DNA from: Octopus bimaculoides
Lineage: Eukaryota
Length of the DNA stretch: 45,972 nucleotides
Assembly: GCF_001194135.2 (NCBI RefSeq)
Contig: NC_069002.1
Location: 6,295,801-6,341,772 of the forward strand
Direction: 5' to 3'
The notes under the pieces were generated by a model. That model did not search any database. It was not told the origin of the DNA and saw only the letters and a list, made by a program, of their open reading frames with translations. Below, in pieces: positions 37,941 through 45,972 of the stretch (the stretch's first letter is position 1; each line of letters starts with the position of its first letter). The position numbers and the translations under genes were made by a program.

Positions 37941-38203
37941 TCCCTTTGTCTGTCCTTGTTTGTCCCCTCTATGTTTAACCCCTTGTGGGCAATAAAGAAA
38001 TAAGAAACGTTAACATGCCAGGTGAAATGCTTAGCGGTATTTCGTCTGTCTTTACGTTCTGAGTTCAAATTCCACCGAGGTCGACTTTTCCTTTCATTCT
38101 TTCGGGGGTCGATAAATTAAGTACCAGTTGCATACTGGGGTCGATCTAATCGACTGCCCCCTCCTCCATAAATTTCTGGCCTTATGCCTTGAGTAGAAAA
38201 GAA
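37941..38203 (+). mobile_element. SINE family B variant with alternative 5' segment
   Basis: TGTTTGTCCCCTCTATGTTTAACCCCTTGTGGGCAATAAAGAAATAAGAAACGTTAAC joins directly into the family-B body (GAAATGCTTAGCGGTATTTCGTC...GAGTTCAAATTCC...). Confidence 0.75.
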
Positions 38204-39005
38204 TCTAATAACGCTGTATCTAGTAACAACTAAGTGTTGATTGAATGCAGTTAGAGCCAGCTTTGAATGTATAATTCATCTAATTGACAAGCTGTTTTGA
38301 TAACTTCCAGATTTCCCAATTAGCCAAGTTGTTGGTCTGTTCGTTAATTTATCCGGTGGCTTTAATCACTTATAACATGCTACTAGAGTTGACACAGTCT
38401 CCTAGTTTCTAGCAATGATATTTAACATTATTCCAGCTGTGGACAGGTGTTGCTGTTTTCAGCTAGAAACGATAATGATGGCGATAAAACATAGTATCAA
38501 CAATGTAATATAACAATATGATAACAGGTTTTCTTGTTGTTGCTGCTGCTATTAGTAAGGCGGTTGAGCTGGCAGAATTGTTATCACGCTGGGCAAAATG
38601 ATTAGTGCCATTTTGTCCATCTTTACATTCCGAGTTCAAATGCTGCTGAGGTCGACTTTGCCTTTCATCCTTTCGGGGTCGAAAAATTAAAAGTACCTGT
38701 GAAACACTGGGGTTGATGTAATCGACTAAAATTTCAGGCCCCTCTCCCAAAGTTTCATGCATTATTATGCCTTGAGTAGAAAAGAATCTAATAACGCTGT
38801 ATCTAGTAACAACTAAGTGTTGATTGAATGCAGTTAGAGCCAGCTTTGAATGTATAATTCATCTAATTGGCAAGCTGTTTTGATAACTTCCAGATTTCCC
38901 AATTAGCCAAGTTGTTGGTCTGTTCGTTAATTTATCCGGTGGCTTTAATCACTTGTAACATGCTACTAGAGTTGACACAGTCTCCTAGTTTCTAGCAATG
39001 ATATT
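38182..39005. repeat. 241-bp direct duplication (38182-38422 and 38765-39005)
   Basis: Copies run from TTATGCCTTGAGTAGAAAAG to ...CTAGCAATGATATT. I see two A/G differences (CTAATTGAC/GGC; CACTTAT/GT). Confidence 0.9.
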
Positions 39006-40299
39006 ATTATTATTATTATTATTATCATCATTATTATTATCATTATTATTATCATTATTCATCGTTTAACTTCTGCTTTCCATAATAATACCCTTACGAT
39101 CATGAGCCAATTATCTTGACCACTAAGCCATGCTCTTTTACCCATCTCATCAACTGTCATACTGTAACGATGTTAAAATTCATAGACATTTTATGAAATT
39201 AAGAAAAAAAAAAAAAGCACCTGTATACAGAATAATAAAAAGGGAAAAAAATTAATAAAAATAAAATGTTTAATTGATAAAAATAATTATTATTGGTTCA
39301 CCATTAAAATTAGTTCATTGTCAAACCAATTCGCTCTGAACAACTAAATTACTGACTTAACTAATTAACTAATTGCCATCTCAAACCTGTCAACTTTTGT
39401 TCTCATTAACCTTCGACTCTGGCCATTTCAGTTCGTGCTGTTAACTCCTAGCTTGTTAACCTTAAACTGTTTCACACCTGTGGTCTAGGGATTGATATGT
39501 ATAGCACCTGTCTATGAGTTTGTAAGGTCAGTTCCTGGTCTGAGCAGTGTAGATTGTCTCCTTGAGCAAGGTGCTTTCGTCATCGTCATCATCATCATCA
39601 TCATCATCCTCGTCATTCAGTGTTCATTGCCCATGCTGGCATGGGTTGGACAGTTTGACCTGGGCTGGTAAGCTGAAGAGCTGCACCTGACTCCAGTCTG
39701 ATTTGACATGGTTTTTATGGTTGGATGGCCTTCCTAATGTCAACCACTCCGAAAGTGTAATGGGTGTTTTTATGTGCCACTGGCACAGGTGCCAGTTGTA
39801 CGGCACCAGTATCTGCCAAGACTACGATTTCCAGTATTCTGTAAAAACATGTTTGGCGTTGGGAAAATATTATCTTGGAAACAGGTGAGAGCTGGTCATA
39901 GGAAGAGTATCTGGCTGTATAAAATCTGCCTCAGTAAACTCTTTCTGACCAATGCCAGCATGGAAAAGTAAACATTAAAATGACGATGATGATGATGATG
40001 CTATGTGTTTAGCTGGTCATACTCGGTCGTATGTGATGGATGGTTGTTTTGCGCTTGTATTTCTCAAGTAAATCCTTCCACAATGAAGTGTTTTAAATCA
40101 GCAACGCAAAGGAACATTTTTCACATAATGACTGCTTGTTTAGTTTTGATAAATTCGGTTAAAAGCAGACAGTGGATGAATGTTTTTGGCACTGTAAACA
40201 AACGGGCAAATTGGCAAAGAAAAAAAAACTCACACAAGATTTGGGCAATGCAGTGAATTCATGAATGCTCATTCTCATCGATAACCCTTCCCCAGTCAA

Positions 40300-40661
40300 C
40301 CCTTTAGCATTTAAACTGGCCATATCCGGACAGAATATTCTACCTGTTTTAAGTTCAAACCAACCAGATCTGACCTCTCGCACATACTCTACAATGTTGT
40401 TCTGAAAGTAAGCAATCACTTCATTTGAATTCATGATTAATTCAATACCTTGTAAATAAATAAGCATATTTCATAAAGTAAACTGAATGCTAAAGGCAGG
40501 GGCGGACCCAAGGGGGTGGGGCTGAGGGGCACGTGCTCCCCATCAAGGAATGAAGTGCAATTTTGTAAATACTGTTGTTAGGCCCTTTTCTCCTGGAATT
40601 GCATTCCCTTCTGACCTTGTACCCTACCTTCAAAAAATTCTTGGGACCGTGCCTGAAAGGG
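40300..40661. mobile_element. piggyBac-like MITE (~198 bp after removing the nested insert)
   Basis: Starts TCAA|CCCTTTAGCATT. Removing 40497-40660 restores AATGCTAAAGGG|TTAA, a perfect 12-bp inverted repeat with a TTAA-like target site and CCC terminus. Confidence 0.75.
40497..40655. mobile_element. 159-bp MITE with CAGG...CCTG termini and a 5-bp TSD (AAAGG)
   Basis: TIR CAGGGGCGGACCCAAG versus CAGGCACGGTCCCAAG (13/16). AAAGG at 40492-40496 and 40656-40660. Homologous to the reverse complement of 24537-24698. Confidence 0.8.
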
Positions 40662-41464
40662 TTAAGCTAGAAGCTGCGTTGTCTGACTTTGACTTTGGTC
40701 TTTAATGAGTCCCAGAACCCACAAAACCAGTGGGAGGCTGGTATGCATGGGCGACTGCTGCTCTTCCATAAACAACCTTGCCCAGACTTGTGCCTCAGAG
40801 GGTAACTATCTAGGTGCAATCCCATGGTCATTCATGACTGAAGGAGTCTTTACATTTACTAATCCATCTGACCAATACAAGCATGGGAAACTGGACATTA
40901 ATGATTGATGATGATATGTGGCACCGTGAAGTTAAAACAGGATTGAGGATCCCTGGTCTAAGGCATTTGGCTTAGGCAACTATCAGGTAATTTAAACTTG
41001 TGGTTTTGAAGTCTGGCTGCTTATGTCTTCACATTATTAAATAGTATACACAATGTTGAGATTAACTTCACAATTATAAAATTACAGCGAGGCTGAAGTA
41101 AATAGCTGTAGCTTCTAATTAACATGATCTGCATAACAGTACGAGGAAATCTTGGCTTTTGAGACTCTAACAGAGAATTTTCAATGGCCAGGTCTTTTGT
41201 TCACCTTTCAAATAGTATACCAAGTGAATCTAATTAAGTAGGCCTTCATAATTGCTTTACTTATTTATTTACTCTTTTTTTTTTTAATCAATTCCTGGTG
41301 CAATTAGCTGGGTAATTCAGTGCATTGATACACAGGCCTCAAACACTAAATGGATCTTATTATAATATTCCCAGGTTCCATTTTGGTTTTGAATCATTGC
41401 GAAGAGTCCTTCATTCTATTATTAATTTGCAACCAGTATTTCCCAATAATCAATCGAATCTCTA

Positions 41465-41735
41465 TAGTAGTTATTATTATTATTATTATTACTCTTATTA
41501 TTATCATTACTATTATTATTATCATTACTATTATTATTATTATTATTACTCTTATTATCATTACTATTATTATTATTACTCTTATTATCATTACTATTAT
41601 TATTATTATCATTATTATTATTATTATTATTATTACTCTTATTATTATCATTACTATTATTATTATTATCATTATTATTATTATTATTACTCTTATTATT
41701 ATCATTACTATTATTATTATTATTATTATTATAAT
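41465..41735. repeat. (TAT)n array with periodic interruptions (TACTCT, TATCATTAC)
   Basis: Directly visible. It produces the poly-I and poly-Y ORFs. Other (AAT/ATT)n arrays: 227-275, 10150-10230, 12118-12250, 12470-12560, 16308-16366. Confidence 0.9.
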
Positions 41736-42165
41736 AAGTGATAGATGGTTGTTGTTATTATTAAGGTGGTGAGCTGGCAGAATTGTTACCGTTCTGGATG
41801 AAATGCTCAGCGGTAATTTCGTCTGTCACTACATCCTGAGTTCAAATTCTGTCAAGGTCGACTTCTCCTTTCATTCTTTCAGGATCGATGAATTAAGTAC
41901 CAGTGAAACACTGGGGTCGATCGATATAATTGACTAGTCCCCCTCCCCACAAATTTGAGCCCTTGTGCCTCCAGTAGAAAGGATTATTATTATTATTAGC
42001 GGTATTTCACCCGTTGCTATGTTCTGAGTTCAAATTCTGCCAAGGTTGACATTGTCTTTCAACTTTTCGAGGTCGATAAATTAAGTACCAGTGACACACT
42101 GGGGTCGATGTAGTCAACTCATCCCCTCCCCCAAAATTGCTGTCCTTGGGGCAAGATTTGAAACC

Positions 42166-42328
42166 ATCATCATCATCATCATCGTTTAACGTCCTCTTTC
42201 CATGCTAGCATGGGTTGGACGATTTGACTGGGGACTGGTGAAACCAGATGGCTACACCAGGCTCCAATCTGATTTGGCAGAGTTTCTACAGCTGGATGCC
42301 CTTCCTAATGCCAACCACTCTGAGAGTG
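42166..42328 (-). mobile_element. Family C retroposon 3' part
   Basis: (TCA)nTCGTTTAACGTCCTCTTTCCATGCTAGCATGGGTTGGACG...GGATGCCCTTCCTAATGCCAACC. Other copies: 11021-11180 (-), ~5775-5852 (-), 33105-33345 (-), 33602-33637 (+), 39577-39795 (-), 44790-45008 (+), 45195-45426 (+), 45868-45972 (+, runs off the window). A variant subfamily occurs at 3481-3572 and 39865-40002 (+). Confidence 0.8.
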
Positions 42329-43463
42329 TCATTATTGTTTTTTTTTTTTTGCACAGCTGAGATTAGATCTGTGTGCTGTAGGTGTATGCAGTGTTGTTTT
42401 GGTTTCATATTTTCCACTCTATTGAAAGCACCTTGTGCACAACAATTAGTAGCACTGTTGTTGTTGTATGTGTGTGTGGAATGTTTTGGTGTACTCTACA
42501 TGTGTGCAGTACCTAGGCATACAATTGCCATGTGGGAGTAATATGTTCAGTTGTTAAGTGATGTTGTTTCTGTACATGTTGTAAATTCCATTGATGTAAA
42601 TTCCTGGCACTCCGATTATGCATTTGTATCTCTTTTGAATCATTGCCACCGTCTCTTCCTCTTCCTCTATTTCTCCCTTCCTTCTACCCCCACCCCTTTT
42701 ACCCTACCCTCTCTTCCTCCTCCTACCCTCTTCATTCCCTATTCCTCCCCCTCTTCTTCCTCCTACCCCTCTTCCTTTCTTCCTCCTACCCTCTTCCTTC
42801 TCTTCTTCCTCCTACCCCTTCTTTCTCCTCTTCTTCCTCCTACCCCCTCTTCTTCTATTATTAATCTCTTATAGTTTAGATTGAACTTTATCAATTCTGC
42901 TCAGGTGTTGATTAGGAAACAATTAGGTTATCATGTTAGAAAAAAAAAAAAAAAGATCTTGTGATTTTAGTTGCACTTGCTGTTGTTTCTGGCCCCGATT
43001 GGATGTGCACCAGTAAATGTTTCCTCTGAGGTACCTTACAGCCTCAGAGCCTAATAAAAATAAAAAAAATGTAGGGGTCAGTTCGAACATAAAGCAGGTA
43101 GAATATTTTGGTAAGGTATGGCTGGTTTAAGTGCATAAGGGTCAAAGTTATTATTAAAAGATTCATGTAACTCTTCACATAGGTAAACAGACAAGACAAA
43201 GAGCATGATGCGATTGCAACAGATGATGATGATGTCATTCCATCAACATGTGGATGTTGGTTGCTTTTGTTCATACTTTGAATTTAAATTTCTATAATTT
43301 TGAATCGACACAGACAGGCTTGCTGTCAAAATATTGTCCAATGAATAAAATATCTATTGCAATCGCATCACGCTCTTTGTCTTGTCTATTATTATTTGAA
43401 AGATGGGTGACTGTTGGAAGAATGGCCAGTATAAACGGACCAATTCTGAGAATACACCTGTAG

Positions 43464-43500
<37 letters not shown>

Positions 43501-44507
43501 TAATGTAAAAGGAGAAAGGGCTCTATACCCCTTTCTTATTTTTTCTGACCAGGCTCCCGTGGTTTTATGGGTTTTTCCACGTGTAACCTTTCCTTTTTCA
43601 AAGCGCCTCCCCCTTTGGGAGTTCTACTTATTTATTTATCTATTTATTCATTATATCTTTCTTCGTTTTCTTCCTCTGTTTAGACGAACTTTCCTACCTT
43701 TTCGGACAAAACCTTTTGTAACCTTCGTCCTTTCTTTGTCCTTAAATGTTTTTAATTGATATTAGCCCTTGTGGCCAATAAAACGAATTAATTATTATTA
43801 TTATTGTTAGAACTATGGTAACTGGAAGTGTCAAGCCAAACTCTACCTCTTCCTCACAAATTATTAATCTTGTGTATGTGTGTGGATGTGGTTTGTCATT
43901 GTGAAAAGGACTAGTAAATAGACACCTTTTGATGAAGTATTCAGATATACACCATACTTTGAAAATGGTTACGGTTGAAAGGACTTGCATAGTTTTAAGT
44001 AGATCTTATACATTCCTTGTCCAGCTATGGGAACTGAGGTGTAGTAGTAGTGACAGTAGTGGTGGTTAATGGGGTTGGAATGCTTTTATGAAATTATGTA
44101 GCTCATAGGATTATGATGACTTGAATTTGTGTTTGTTTGTTTGAGTAAATATTTTGCTCAATGTGAAATAGTGAAATTTTCTATTTGCTTTTGTTTTAAC
44201 CTGTTCAAATTGACAGACCCTCCTGTTATCACCTCTGGCTTAATCTTTGGTTCAGGGGAACTAGGTCAGTCACACTAAGTGTTATGAGTTAGACACACAA
44301 AAAAAAAAAATCATTGAACTTTGTTGTAACATAATCTTGAGTCAAGGTGAAGATGGTCGTGCTCTAGATAACAGAAACTCAGTGGGGGTGGTGCCGAGAT
44401 TAACTCTTTGTTACCATATTTCTGTTGAAATGCATAGCTTTTGTTTCAGTCAGTTTTGAAAATAACAAAGAATTTAGTTCAGGAACTTCTATTATTAAGC
44501 TGCTGTA

Positions 44508-44724
44508 AAGGCAGCGAGCTGGCAGAATCATTAGCATGCTGGGTGAAATGCATAGCGGCATTTCGTCTATCTTTACGTTCTGAGTTCAAATTCCGCCTCG
44601 GTTGACTTTGCCTTTCATCCTTTCAGGGTCGATAAATTAAGTACCAGTTGCATCCTGGGGTCGATCTAATTGACTGGCCCCGCCTCCCCCCAAATTTTGG
44701 GCCTTGTGCCTAGAGTAGAAAAGA
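44508..44724 (+). mobile_element. SINE family B, full-length copy
   Basis: AAGGCAGCGAGCTGGCAGAATCATTAGC...GAGTTCAAATTCCGCC...GACTTTGCCTTTCATCCTTTCAGGGTCGATAAATTAAGTACCAGT...AGAGTAGAAAAG. Other copies or fragments: 2366-2485 (+), 10231-10481 (-, two), ~16990-17100 (-), 31612-31775 (+), 38557-38785 (+), 41763-41983 (+), 41998-42166 (+), 44725-44790 (+). Confidence 0.85.
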
Positions 44725-45023
44725 AATGCTTAGCGGTATTTTGTCTGCTGTTACGTTCTAAGTTCAAATTCCACCGTAGTTGACTTTACACCCATGGTGG
44801 TGGCACCTATAATGCAGTGCTGCTGGTGCTATGTATAAAGCACCCAGTACACTCTGTAAAGTGGTTGGCATTAGGAAGGACATCTAGTCATAGAAGCCAT
44901 ACCAAAACAGATATTTGGGACCTGGTGCAGCTCTCCAGCTGGTCAGCTCCTGTCAAACCATCCAACCCATGCCAGCATGGAAAACGGACATTAAATGAGG
45001 ATGATGGCACATGCATATATATG

Positions 45024-45060
<37 letters not shown>

Positions 45061-45972
45061 TACAGGAGTGGCTGTGTGGTTCTGAGTTCAGTCCCACTGC
45101 ATGGCACCTTGGGCAAGTGTCTTCTGTTACAGCCTTGGGCCAACCAAAGCCTTGCGTACAGGCTCGTTTCCTGCAACCCTCTCCAGCTGAGCATCCCTAA
45201 TCTTGAGGACTTGTAGGTGCTGGTGGCACATAAAAAAGCATCCATATTGGTGTTGTGTAAAACCATCCAAAATACATTCTCGGAGTGGTTGGCATTAGGA
45301 AGGGCATGCAGCTGTTGAAACCATGCTGAAACAGACAGGGAGCCTGAAGAGCCCTTCAGCTGGTCAGCTCCTGTCAAACCGTCCAACCCATGCCAGCATG
45401 GAGAGCAGACATTAAATGATGATGATCTGTAACATTGTTGGCTTAGAGATCAGGACTTGGCTCTTGATATTTCAAACAATTCAAGCCATCTCCACCGATT
45501 AATTGATAAGATATGACCAGCGTGCTTTGACACGAGGTTCATCTGATGAATAAGTGAATTCATATCAGTTCATAGGTAAACATCTAGTTATCATTTTAGT
45601 ATCCACTTTTCCATGCTTGCATGGGTTACACACACACACACACACACACATGTATGTATGTATGTATGTATGTATGTATGTATGTTTAATAGAATTACAA
45701 ATAGAAATCGCTTGGTACAATATTATATATTTGAAAAAATAAACAGGAATGGCTTTTCTCATAATTTTTCCACTAAAAAGACATTCCTATTCGTTTTTTT
45801 TTTTTAAGCAGACAAACAGGCAGACTCATCATCAACAGCTGCTTTTCCATGCTTGCACTGACCATCTCTGCCGGTGGCACGTAAAAAGCACCCACTACAC
45901 TCTCGGAGTGGTTGGCATTAGGAAGGGCATCCAGCTGTAGAAACTCTGCCAGATCAGATTGGAGTCTGGTGT

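Larger units (their letters stand above)
27067..45972 (+). other. Probable intron 1 of the FATP gene (at least 18.9 kb, continues beyond the window)
   Basis: Starts with GTCAGT. No downstream ORF encodes the expected next FATP segment (IFMENRxEFVGLWLGLAK-like), and there are no N-gaps after 20292 that could hide it. Confidence 0.6.

Noticed and set aside
45059-45426. Apparent chimera of a family-A head and a family-C tail
   Set aside because: Single occurrence with ~60 bp of unrelated spacer; most simply two adjacent fragments.

Overview
AT-rich eukaryotic DNA from a draft assembly with five N-gaps, dense in microsatellites and short interspersed repeats. The repeat landscape is most consistent with a coleoid cephalopod (Octopus); that assignment is my inference from recalled repeat families, not a search result. 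Nearly all ORFs in the supplied track are translations of microsatellites or gaps. I can support only one host coding feature: the first coding exon (26903-27066, +) of an SLC27A1/4-type long-chain fatty acid transport protein (FATP), ending at a phase-2 GT donor. No exon 2 is visible in the remaining ~18.9 kb, so the right part of the window is probably a long intron 1. The rest is transposable-element material: at least seven short repeat families (my labels A-G; A, B, D and G have tRNA-like heads), several MITEs, and decayed mariner, Tc1-like and CR1-group fragments. The most notable items are a two-copy CAGG...CCTG MITE with apparent 5-bp TSDs (one copy nested in the TIR of a piggyBac-like MITE), a SINE variant with a replaced head, a GAAA-tetraloop hairpin repeat family, a 58-bp minisatellite with higher-order structure, and a perfect 18-bp hairpin. 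I found no evidence of a new multi-gene system. Repeat boundaries are approximate (about +/-10 bp) unless a TSD or TIR is given.
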